From Octopus sinensis (taxonomy: Eukaryota), in contig NC_043017.1 of assembly GCF_006345805.1 (NCBI RefSeq), forward strand, positions 14,446,001 to 14,510,000: a stretch of DNA of 64,000 nucleotides. Reading direction: 5' to 3'. Under the pieces are notes generated by a model. The model searched no databases, was not told the DNA's origin, and saw only the letters and a list, made by a program, of their open reading frames with translations. The first letter of the stretch is position 1. Each line of letters begins with the position of its first letter. This document shows positions 13,464-26,562 of the stretch, piece after piece. A program made the translations under genes and the position numbers.

Positions 13464-15498
13464 CATAGACAATAAACTAGCAATACTAAATGAAAATTTC
13501 TGATGTAAAAACTGGCGAGTGTGTAGTTTTACTCCTGACATTTTGTTTGCCGTCAGAAAGCTGTCATGTGCTGCAAGCAGCGGCCAGTCGAAGCTATCAG
13601 CATCACTATTGTCATCATTATCGTTGTCATCACAGTGTTTCACATTAATATGTAATGAACATTTACTGCAAGCAACAGTGGATATCGTTTCAATATGGAT
13701 GAGAAGTGAATCTATCATTATGATGTTTAATTACAATCCTCTGTAATATTATCATTGTCATAAGAGTATAATTCAATATATACACACATATATATATATA
13801 TATATATACATACATACCCGGCAACACAAGCGGTTGCACCATCATCATTATCATCATCACATACTTCACATTAATATGCAACACATACTAACATTACATA
13901 TCATTTAGATATTACCAAATAAGTGACTAGCGTTCTCCAATAACATTGCTCGCCATATGTTATCTGCTCATCATCATCACCACCACTACCACCACCATCC
14001 TCATTAGCGGTAAGTGAATCGAATATCATTATGATGATTGTCATCATCATCATCGTCCACATCATTCAGAAGAAAAGAGCAGATTAGAGAAAAAGTCAGC
14101 TCTTTCCAGCAAGACAAATCAAAATTCTAATTTCCTAGCATTTGATAAAAACATTTTATTTCACCTTTGCCTCGTCATTAGCACCCATTATTGAGTGCAA
14201 TATAAGAGGTTCAACAGTGGTTTGTGAATAATAAATAATTTGTTTAGCAAAGAAATGGAAGAAGGAAAATGAAGAAGATTAAAATATAATTAATTGCTTT
14301 TTGTTTAACCTTAGGCCCAGCTTGACCAAACAGACCTATGATCAAAACCATTCCAATTACGACCAAATAATCTAATATTTCTTAAGCTGTAATGTGTAAT
14401 TTCAAAACCATTTGGCTGCTATTTCAAGGAGGTCTACTCAAGGACAATACAGAGGCTCATAGTAAATATGGGGAACAGTTGAGTTTATAAAACAATAAAT
14501 GATTGCATTAGATATTGTTGTGTGCAGGCTGTATTTATCATATTGTTACATGTAGCAATAATAAACTAGTTTCTTCATTCTCAACAAAAGTCAAATGGAT
14601 TTCTGAACAAATAATAATATTCACATAGTGAGAGACAGAGACATAAATATCCACAACAAGCTCAATAGGCAGAAGCACCCGAGTGTGGGTGGACATACTT
14701 TCACAAAAACAAAAACACAATTTGCCAAGGTGCTCGATGGTGGGACTGAACCCGAAACCCAATTGTTACCAGGTGAAACCCCTTCAACACATGACAATAC
14801 CTACAGCCACCAACATAAACAGCATCAATGTTAAAACCTTTATCACTTACTCTATATTAAAGACCTTCTCTATTGTTATCGAAACCTTTCCTATTATTGT
14901 CTAATTAGAACCCTTCAGGTTTTGATTAGACTCTCCCCAGGGACTGATTACTGCCTCATATATATATGTCTTTTAGGGTCTAACTAGAGTCCTGTGTATT
15001 TTCTCCATTGTTTACCCTATATATAGCAAGCATATACACTTGGTCTCAAAATTGTCCAACAGAAATTTCCCATAGTCTATTAGTAAGGCACACACACACA
15101 CACACAATCCCCCCACCCACCCACATAGTCAACAAGACGTGACTCTCTATCTCTAAGTATTCACTCAAGCCACAAAAAGTAGCAACCAAATCCTTCTTAA
15201 ACACCTCTTTACTGTCTTAAACAAGGAAGAATGACATTAAATACTTCCTTATCTACAAATATAAACTTAAGAGCCACAGTTGGAATGTCAGTGATTCTAA
15301 CTCAGTTAAATCAGAGCCACCCACACATATATATGTACATAAATTATACATACATACATACATATATATAATGTTTAAAATTTACTCAACAAGACCATTG
15401 TACTGCTTAACAACTCCATACTTCTCTGAAGCATCTTTAACTAAATAACAAGCATTTTTTTTCTCTACATTCATGTACAAATATTTACATGCATTTAA

Positions 15499-15545
<47 letters not shown>

Positions 15546-16210
15546 CATGTATATACATATATAATATAAATACATAAACATATTATCATTCATACACACA
15601 CACAAACCTGTATAGTGCTAATTAGCTTTCTCACAGACCAACCCACAGCTATGTCACTGGCAAAGTATAGACACACACACACACACAGTCAATGCTACAA
15701 ATGCTAATACATTTACAATTATACAAAAGCCGTCAGTGATACACAGACACACAAACTATATATTAGATATTACATATATGCACATATACACACATGTATA
15801 TACATAAATATAGAAATGTGTGTGTGTGTGTGTGTGATCATTTAACATACACGTTTCCATGTTTGCACAGGTTAGAGAGTATTTTGCTGAGGCCGATTTT
15901 CTATGACCAGGTGTCATTCCTGGCACCAACCCTCACCTGCTTCCAGGTGAGGTAATACTTTCCAATGGCCAGACAGGTATTTTTTTAGTTTTTGTATGAA
16001 AGACTAAAAACAAACAACACAGCCTGTATGATGGTGTCACTCATTTGCAATCATCTTATGATGCCAGGACACACACACACATATTTCTAACTAATGCTAC
16101 CAGCAAGGAAGAGCAGAGGGAAAGATTTATGTATTATCACTCACTCTTCAGCTATATGCACAAACACATTATCTTTCACAGTTCTATTGTGTGTGTGTAT
16201 ATATATATCT

Positions 16211-16241
<31 letters not shown>

Positions 16242-16432
16242 ATGAAGAACAAATACAGAAGTTGGTATTTTACTTGAGTTTCATCTTTTGAATCATCAGA
16301 AATTTGACTGAAATGAAATTAGTAAAATATTGCATTGTGTGTAGAAAATATAAGAGAAGGAGGGGGGGTAGTAAAAGGAAAAGTGGGGGGAGAGAAACTG
16401 AAAATGTGTGAATCTAGAGAGAATATCTTTGT

Positions 16433-16502
<70 letters not shown>

Positions 16503-16819
16503 GGAAGCCTTTGAAAAAGACCTTCTATATATACATATATACATATATATACATATATATATATATACATACATATATATACACATATATACATACATAT
16601 ATATACACATACATACATACATATATATATAAATATATATACATACATATATATACACATACATACATACATATATATATAAATATATATACATACATAT
16701 ATATACACATATATACATACATATATATACACATATATACATACATATATATATAAATATATATACATACATATATATACACATATATACATACACATAG
16801 ATATATATATATATATATA

Positions 16820-17236
<417 letters not shown>

Positions 17237-17237
17237 G

Positions 17238-17273
<36 letters not shown>

Positions 17274-17519
17274 TGTATGTATATATGTATGTCTATAGGT
17301 GTATATATATTATATATATATGTGTATATATATGTATGTTATATATGTATGTCTATATGTGTATATATATGTATATATAATATGTGTATATATATGTATG
17401 TATATTATGTGTTATATATGTATGTGTATATATTGTATATATATTGTATGTATATATGTATATATATATATCTATATATATATATATATATATATATAAA
17501 TATCACCACACACACATAT

Positions 17520-17995
17520 ATCATCATCATCATTTAACGTCCACTTTCCATGCTAGCATGGATTGGACGGTTCAAATGGGGTCTGGGAAGCCAGAAGGCT
17601 GCACCAGGCCCAGTCTGATCTGGCAGTGTTTCTACAGCTGGATGCCCTTCCTAGTGCCAACCACTCCGTGAGTGTAGTCAGTGCTTTTTACGTGCCACCA
17701 GCATGGAGGCCAGTCGGGGCGGCGCTGGCAACGGCCACGTTCGGATGGTTCTCTTACATGCCACCGGCACTGGTATCACAACTACAATTCCCATTGATGT
17801 TGTTCGATTTCGATTTTCACTTGCCTCAACAGGTCTTCACAAGTAGAGTTTTATGTCCCAAGAAGGAAGGGTATGCATAAGTGGACTGGCTACATCCCAG
17901 GTAGAGGCCACGGGTTATGGTCTCACTTGTCCTGCTGGGTCTTCTCACACACAGCATACTTCCAAAGGTCTCGGTCACTAGTCATTTCCTCGGTG
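17520..17995 (-). mobile_element. RTE-LINE 3' tail / related SINE ending in (GAT)n
   Basis: Similar to 50950-51325, the tail of the RTE at 49882 (ggagtggttggcattaggaagggcatccagctgtagaaac...gacgttaaatgatgatg). Confidence 0.7.
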
Positions 17996-18032
17996 ATATA
18001 TACATAAATATATATACATATACACATAGACA

Positions 18033-18064
<32 letters not shown>

Positions 18065-18249
18065 CATATATACATATACATAGACATAAATATATATATA
18101 TAAACACACACACACACAAACAAATGCCTACATCTGATCATATATTCTTTTTAACTATTTCCCTTTCTGGTTCTATCCTAATGACTGCAACCATGCTGGA
18201 GCACCCACTTATGCCACTGCTACTGTTTCTGAAATGCTTTAAATAAATG

Positions 18250-19300
18250 AAGGTGTTTGGTGCTGGTATCCAGTGCTGAGTTTCTAGCCAAGGTATTGGT
18301 TAATCACAGACTGCAGGTGGTAGAGTACCCAGGTGTTTCTTGAATACATTTACACCCACACTGCACAGATTTCTCAATTTTGTTGGCCAGATACTGAAAA
18401 TCTGGGATCTTTGAAACATAAACTGTAGCAATATATGGCCTTGACCTTAAATGGGTGGTTTGCAGGACTCTGCAATGGTGACCAGTTCTCGATATCAAAG
18501 TTTGGAGTTAACCCTTCAAGAATCTTCCAAATATAAACATCACTGCATATCCTTTCAATGTTCTCTCCAGTGAGTGGAGCTTTAGCTCTTTCAAACTATT
18601 GCTAAGCTGTTGCTTTGAGGGGGTGATTTTTGTGAAGCTTTATTGGATTGCTTCTAAATCTGTTGTTAGTTTAACCTTGGTTGAGAACCAAAGTTGTGGG
18701 TCATAGTCTAGATGACTCAGGACAAATGTTAATCACAAAAGCAGCATAACTTCCTGCTTTCTCATCCTGGTGATCGCAGGATCTAACCCTCCAGCCTTTT
18801 GCATCTTTGTAATGTATACCTGGAAAGATGCAGTGTTGCCCATATTTCTTCCCAGGTCGTGCACTGACTGCTACAATCCTTCCAGGTTTGATGTAAACTA
18901 GTTGTGGGCAGGAAGTGGCCAGGTTAAAATTTTCCAGCCTTGAATTTTATGTTATTGCAATTAGCTCACTTTTAGATTACATTAAAGTCTTGTTGTAGGC
19001 ATGTAGCATCATCAGGACTCTTAACTGCCTGAGGTGCTTTTATCTCATCAACAGTGAGAGTGTTCATCATTAGAATTGAGGGCATGTCTGATGGAGCCAC
19101 CACAAACAGCAACAGCTCCAAGACAGTTCCTTGTAGGACTCAAGCCAAAATCAATATTTTCTTTTTGAGAGCACTGTTGGATGAGACTGTGTGTGACTTT
19201 TAATTCTTAAAAAATCCTGCAGTCAGTCTCCTAATATCTCGGCTAAGCCAAGATCATGCAGTTTGTGGCAGAACATCTTATGGACAACCTACTGAAGGCC
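18250..19300 (-). mobile_element. Decayed CR1/L2-group LINE, 3' portion of ORF2
   Basis: Minus-strand remnants LKELKLHSLER and YIWKILEGLTPNF; boundaries approximate. Confidence 0.55.
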
Positions 19301-19590
19301 ATTACAAAGGTGTGTTATATAATTTCCACACCTGAATGTTAGAGCAGCTGTTTCAGCATTCATGGCCATAATAGTGCAGCAGCCGTGTAAAGCAGCTTCT
19401 TCCAGAGTGAAAGCCATGAAGCCAGGCTGCACGTTAGATAATGAGTAATTATGTTGTAGGAACGTGACGACCAGTTTATATTTATGCAAACACATCATAA
19501 TCATCATTTAACGTCTGTCTTCTATGCTGAGATGAGTTAAACACATCCAAGTGTGTGTAAACACACATATACATGCATTATGTATATATA

Positions 19591-19656
<66 letters not shown>

Positions 19657-20717
19657 CATATATACCACACACACACACATACAGAAGTACATATGCACAT
19701 TTACATATATACACAAACACATATATGTACACATACACACATATAAAAATATGCATAGGTAAAGTTCTATTTAACTGGGCAAAAGTATGATAAAAGGGAG
19801 CTCAATAATGAGGAGGATCATAGCTTGTTTAGTGAGCTGCAAAGTAAAGACGACAATTTAGCTCAGCTGATGACCTGCAGTTGATAAGGCAAATGTTTTA
19901 GAAATGTCTCTTCTTTGTTAAATCAATCACAGAATCAAGACAATAGAATGTGTCTCAAGACGCACACATATATATATACACATACACATACATAAATATG
20001 CATAAACACATACACACACACATATATTAATATATGTATGCAAGTTCTTCTATCCAGAAATTTATTATTATCACACACACACACACACACTCACTCCTAT
20101 GTATGGAGGAGGGAGGAGTGAATGTGTGCTTGTCCATTACTTTAAACACTAAATATTCCTGTTTTTTCTCTTTCATTTTATTAGAACTTCCTAATTTTTG
20201 AATCAGCCAGCAAATCTCTGCGGATTCCACAAACATGTGCAGTCCCCAATATAAATGACAGGATGAACAAGGCTGTGACAACTTGTGTGACAATGATAAC
20301 ATTTCTAATTAGAGCTACACTCCTTCTAATCAGATTCCATAATTTCCATCTCTCCACCAACCCAAACCAAAGAATTGCATTAGCACTAAATGGGACCCAT
20401 GAAACAGATAAGGCACCTCTACATAATTATGTACTGAGTCCTTATTTGAGCAAGTGTTTTCCAGGATCTATATTTATACATCTTGATATATATGTACATA
20501 TGTACAGAAACATTAGCATTGTGAAGGCAATCCAGTGGAGATCTCTGGTTTACCAGCTCCTATCAAACCTACCAAACCATGGCAACATGGGAAACAGAGG
20601 TTCAATAATAATAATGATTCAAGCATACACACATACACATAGATATATGTGCATATACACACACATATATATAATTATATATACTTTATTTAAAAGCAGC
20701 AGAAATTCAACAAAACC

Positions 20718-20753
20718 TGTTACTCGGAGTTTCACGTTCCCGTTCGTCAGACA
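20718..20753 (-). ncRNA. Minimal type-I hammerhead ribozyme (Penelope pLTR-derived)
   Basis: Minus strand tgt-CTGACGA-acg GGAA cgt-GAAAC-tccga-GTA-aca: stem I tgt/aca, intact CUGANGA core, stem II acg/cgt, GAAAC, short stem III (ACT ccg AGT) and GUA triplet. Confidence 0.75.
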
Positions 20754-20854
20754 CTTTTCTTAAAATAAAGCATATTACTCTAACCCCGGCATCGGAGTAC
20801 TCTTTTTTCCACCTTGTTTCACATGTGTTTACTCCGGTATAAATATATATATAT

Positions 20855-20895
<41 letters not shown>

Positions 20896-21741
20896 TATAC
20901 TTTATATATATATACCACACATATACTTTATATATATAATCTAATTATATATATATATGTAAATAAAATAATGATATTATAATATATATATATATATATA
21001 TATATGTCTATACATATATATATACACACACACACATATATATCTATATATGATAACACCACTATATATACATATACAAACATATATATATATACACCAA
21101 ACATACATATATATATATATAATACATACATATATATTATACACATGTACATATATATATCTACATATATATCTACATTATATATTCTATACATAATCTA
21201 TATATACTATTACATATATATACATATATATATATATACATATACATACATATATATATATATATACATATACATACATATATATATATATATACATATA
21301 CATACATATATATATATATATACATATACATACATATATATATATATATACATATACATACATATATATATATATATACATATACATACATATATATATA
21401 TACATACACATACAATAGAATAAATACATAAATAATATATATATATATAGACAGATACATACATATATATTATACATATATCTACAAATAATATATACAT
21501 ATATATACATATATATATATACATATATATATACACACATATATATATACATATATATACATAGATATACATATATATATATATATACATATATAAATAT
21601 ACATATATAAATATACATATACATACATATATATATATACATATATAAATATACATATACATACATATATATATACATATATAAATATACATATATAATA
21701 TACATATACATACATATATAAATATACATATATATATACAT

Positions 21742-21774
<33 letters not shown>

Positions 21775-21896
21775 CATAATACATACATATATATATATAT
21801 ATATATAATACATATATACATACATATATATATATATATATACATATATACATACATATATATATATATATACACATATATACATATCCATAATAT

Positions 21897-21928
<32 letters not shown>

Positions 21929-22020
21929 CACATATATACATACTATATATATATATATATTACACATATATACATACATTTTTGCTAAATGGTCGTATTG
22001 ACAAGTTTCGTTTTTTTTCA

Positions 22021-22106
22021 CTTTCCCGAAGAGAAGATTGCATTGTTTATACCTTTTATTTCTTTTGAATAAGTATCAGTGGAATTTTTGAAACATATGT
22101 AGAAAG
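22021..22106 (+). ncRNA. Hammerhead ribozyme-like motif with long stem II and U4C core variant
   Basis: ctttc-CCGAAGA-gaagatt...aattttt-GAAAC-atat-GTA-gaaag: 5-bp stem I, palindromic stem III (ACATATGT), and core CCGAAGA instead of CTGAAGA. Confidence 0.6.
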
Positions 22107-23244
22107 AAAAATACGTGTTTAAACCTGCGTTGACTCCATTTTTTATTCCTATATTCAAATATTCAACGTAAACACGAAGTTTCAACCTTTATAAACAAGG
22201 AGTTACATACATACATATATATATACATACATACATATATATATACATACATACATATATATATATATACATACATATATATATATATACATACATATAT
22301 ATATATAATACATACATTATAGATACATACTATATATCTATATAAGCATACCATACATATACATAAGAACATATAATATATATATACATACATATATATA
22401 TACATACATATATATATATTATACATACATATATATACATATATATATATATACATACATTATTATATACATATATATTATACATATATATATCTATACA
22501 TACATATATATATACAACATTCTATTATACATACATATATATACATATATATTACATACATATATATATATATACATAACATATATATACATATATACCT
22601 ATATATATATACCACATATATATATACATATACATATATATATTTATAGTACATATATATATACATATATATACAATAATATATATACACATCTATAGAT
22701 ATATATATATATACATACATATATATATACATATATATACATATATATATACCATATATATAGTATAACATATATACATACATATATATAGACATATATA
22801 CTATACATATATACATACCATATATATATATATCCATACATATATATATATACATCATATATATATTACTACATATATATATACATACAATATATATATA
22901 TATACATACATATATATATACATACATATATATATATATATACATACATATATTACTACATATCATATAATATACATATACATACATATACATACATATA
23001 TATATACATACATATATAACATATATACATATAATATACATATATACATCATATTATATACATCCATATATATATATATACATACATATAATATACATAT
23101 ATACATACATATATACATACATATATATATATATACATACATATATATACATATATCATACATATATATCATATATATAGCATACATATATACATCATAT
23201 ATATATACATACATATATATAATATATATAATATATACATACTA

Positions 23245-23313
<69 letters not shown>

Positions 23314-23446
23314 CATACATATATACAATACATAACCTAGATATCTATATGTCATATATCATATATATACATACATATATATATATAATATGTATAATAT
23401 ATAAATATGTATATATATATATGGTACATGATATGTATTATATGTA

Positions 23447-23480
<34 letters not shown>

Positions 23481-23736
23481 GTAATGTAATATATATACAT
23501 GTATATATTATAATATCTATATATATATGATATATATATGTTATCTATATAAGATGTATATATGTATAAATATATGTATATGTATATTGATATATATATA
23601 TGTAGATTATATATATATATGTATATGTATTATATGTAATTGTATATATAATATATGTATATATATATATGTAATATAATATATATAGATATATAATATT
23701 GTTATATATTATATATGTATATATATTAGATATAAT

Positions 23737-23768
<32 letters not shown>

Positions 23769-23868
23769 TTATATATAAATATTATTAGAGACAAACCACT
23801 ATTTTGCAAAACAAACAAGGAAAGACTTAATCAATACATAAAATTTTAATAAATAGTCAAAAAAACCG

Positions 23869-23911
23869 CCACTACAATCGTTTCTTGTCTTGATCGACAA
23901 TCTTCAGGTGG
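23869..23911 (-). ncRNA. Minimal type-I hammerhead ribozyme (left arm of palindrome, identical inverted copy)
   Basis: Exact reverse complement of 23960-24002. Confidence 0.75.
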
Positions 23912-23959
23912 ACTTCCAATAAGTCAGTTTTCATAATTTGAAACTGACTTATTGGAAGT

Positions 23960-24002
23960 CCACCTGAAGATTGTCGATCAAGACAAGAAACGATTGTAGT
24001 GG
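23960..24002 (+). ncRNA. Minimal type-I hammerhead ribozyme (right arm of palindrome)
   Basis: ccac-CTGAAGA-ttgtc gatcaa gacaa-GAAAC-gatt-GTA-gtgg: stems I and II are perfect and the core is intact. Confidence 0.78.
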
Positions 24003-24451
24003 CGGTTTTTTTGACTATTTATTAATTTTATTATTGATTAAGACTTTCTTGTTTGTTTTGCAAAATAGTGGGTTTGTCTCTAATAATATTTTATAATATT
24101 TTACTATAAATTGGATTTAATCCTAATCTGATTTTTTTCCCTGTAAATTTGGATTTATTCCCTAATATTTATTATTATATATATATATATATATTATATA
24201 TATATATATGTATATGTATATATGTATATATATATATGTATATGTATTATATATATGTATATATGTATATGTATATATATAATATATGTATATGTATATA
24301 TAATGTATATATGTATATGTATGTATATATGTATATGTATATATATATATATGTATATATGTATATGTATATATATTTAATATGTATATTTATGTATATA
24401 TGTATATGTATATATATATTATGTATATATGTATATGTATATATATATATG

Positions 24452-24550
<99 letters not shown>

Positions 24551-24557
24551 TATATAC

Positions 24558-24620
<63 letters not shown>

Positions 24621-25390
24621 CTATATATATATATATATATCTATATATATATATAATATATACATATATTATACATATATATATATATATTATATACATA
24701 TATATACATATATATCCCTATATATATACATCTATATATATATATATATATAGATATATACATATTATATACATATATATATATACATATATACATATCT
24801 ATACATACATATACTACTACATATATTATACATATATATACATATACATATATATATAGCATATATACATATATATATACATATATATATTAATACATAT
24901 ATACATATATATATACATATATATATACCATATATATACATATATTATATACATATATATATACATATACATATATATATACATATATATACATATCCAT
25001 ATATAATATAATACATATATATATATACATATAAATACATATATATATACATACATATACATATATATACATACATATATACTATATATATAATAATATA
25101 TACATATATATATATACATATATACATATATATACATATATACATATATATATATACATACATATATATATACATACACATATATATATACATCATATAT
25201 ATATATATCATACATATATATACCATACATATATACATACATACATTATATATACATACATATATACATACATACATATATATATACATACATATATACA
25301 TACATACATATATACATACATACATATATACATACATACATTATATATATATAACATATATATATATATACATATATACATAATATATAC

Positions 25391-25439
<49 letters not shown>

Positions 25440-25547
25440 CAATATACATATACATATATACATATACATATATATATATACATATATACATATATACATA
25501 TACATATATATATATATACATATATACATATACATATATACATATAC

Positions 25548-25578
<31 letters not shown>

Positions 25579-26340
25579 CATATATATAAATATATATATA
25601 CATATGTATACATATATATAAATATTTACATCTATCTATATATACATGAATATGAGCGTCCAATTACACTATACTTGTTCCACATCCTCGCATTTTTGTT
25701 ATTTCTCTTTGTGTTTTCATTTTTGGATTAACTTCGTATATAAATACTCCAACCGCCTTCGTTTTTTGTTTATTTTCGTAAACTTTCCCTTTATATATGA
25801 ATATACATACACACACTCACACACACACATATATATATATTAAACTATACCCATATATATGTAATCATATATACACGCAGATGAGTTTGTGTGTGTGCTG
25901 TCCCCCCCCCCTCCCTGTTTCACTCATAATGAACTGATGTTCCCAAATCAATTGAAGCAGACAACATGCCCAAGGTGTCCTGCACAAGAATCAAAAGACC
26001 AGGCAGTTTTGAAAACATAGGCACACAACTGTGCCTCACACTATTATATCTTCATCATTTAATGTCCGTGTTCCAAGTTGGCATGGCTTGGATGGGTGGA
26101 CGGGATGTGTTAGCCACGATGCCCCAACGTCAGCTTTTGCAGGTTTCCTACAGGTGGACCCCCTTCTTGCCGATATGCAGGTGTGTGTGTGTGTGTGTTT
26201 ACACGTGTTTAAAGCAGGCAAATGACAAGAGAGTGAAAGCGGACAGGGAAAGGTGCAATGTGACAACATAAACAAAAGAAAGACTTTAATTACATCAAAT
26301 ATAATTAGTGAGTTTACGAAATGTAATAAAAGCTGTAAAT

Positions 26341-26349
26341 AAAGGATAT
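26341..26349 (-). other. U12-type (minor spliceosome) AT-AC 5' splice site
   Basis: Minus strand reads GAA TGG GG|ATATCCTTT, an exact match to the U12 donor consensus. It lies at the position where vertebrate Cav alpha-1 genes carry their first minor intron. Confidence 0.92.
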
Positions 26350-26543
26350 CCCCATTCAATGATGATCTTTGCATACTTGCGGATGAAGTTCTCCTCGCTG
26401 AAGATGAACAGCGACCGATTGGTAGAAGACCCCATGCCTGGAAGACTGATGGTGGCCGCCTTTTTGGCCACGAACCTCAGAGATCCATCATGTGTGTACT
26501 CAGAGTCGTCTCTGTTGCCACTGTCCGCTGAGAAGGTATTCAT
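26350..26543 (-). CDS. cac: First coding exon of a Cav2-type (cacophony / CACNA1A-B-E class) voltage-gated calcium channel alpha-1 subunit
   Basis: Translates MNTFSADSGNRDDSEYTHDGSLRFVAKKAATISLPGMGSSTNRSLFIFSEENFIRKYAKIIIEW-G. NRSLFIFSEENFIRKYAKIIIEWG is the conserved Cav2 pre-IS1 segment (vertebrate [24 protein letters not shown]). A polypyrimidine tract and AG (tgtttgtttctctcAG) precede G-ATG. The exon ends in phase 2 at a U12 donor. Confidence 0.93.
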
Positions 26544-26544
26544 C

Positions 26545-26562
26545 CTGAGAGAAACAAACACA
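26545..26562 (-). other. Probable 3' splice acceptor upstream of the Cav2 ATG exon (implies an upstream exon)
   Basis: Minus strand tgtgtttgtttctctcAG|GATG: pyrimidine tract plus AG, one base before the ATG. Confidence 0.55.

Larger units (their letters stand above)
23777..24091. repeat. Long palindrome (approx. 150-bp arms, 10-nt spacer) containing two hammerhead motifs
   Basis: Arms meet at aagtcagttt-tcataatttg-aaactgactt. The inner approx. 70 bp are perfect and the outer part has small indels. Confidence 0.95.
20840..25645. repeat. Approx. 4.8-kb degenerate (TA)n/(TACA)n array with embedded unique islands
   Basis: Direct reading; islands at approx. 21980-22205 and 23777-24175. Confidence 0.95.

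Noticed and set aside
13203-13718. Poly-Pro / poly-Gly ORFs
   Set aside because: Trinucleotide repeat translations.
25650-25800. pLTR-like tails similar to 47628-47700
   Set aside because: No hammerhead core present; only repeat 3' fragments.
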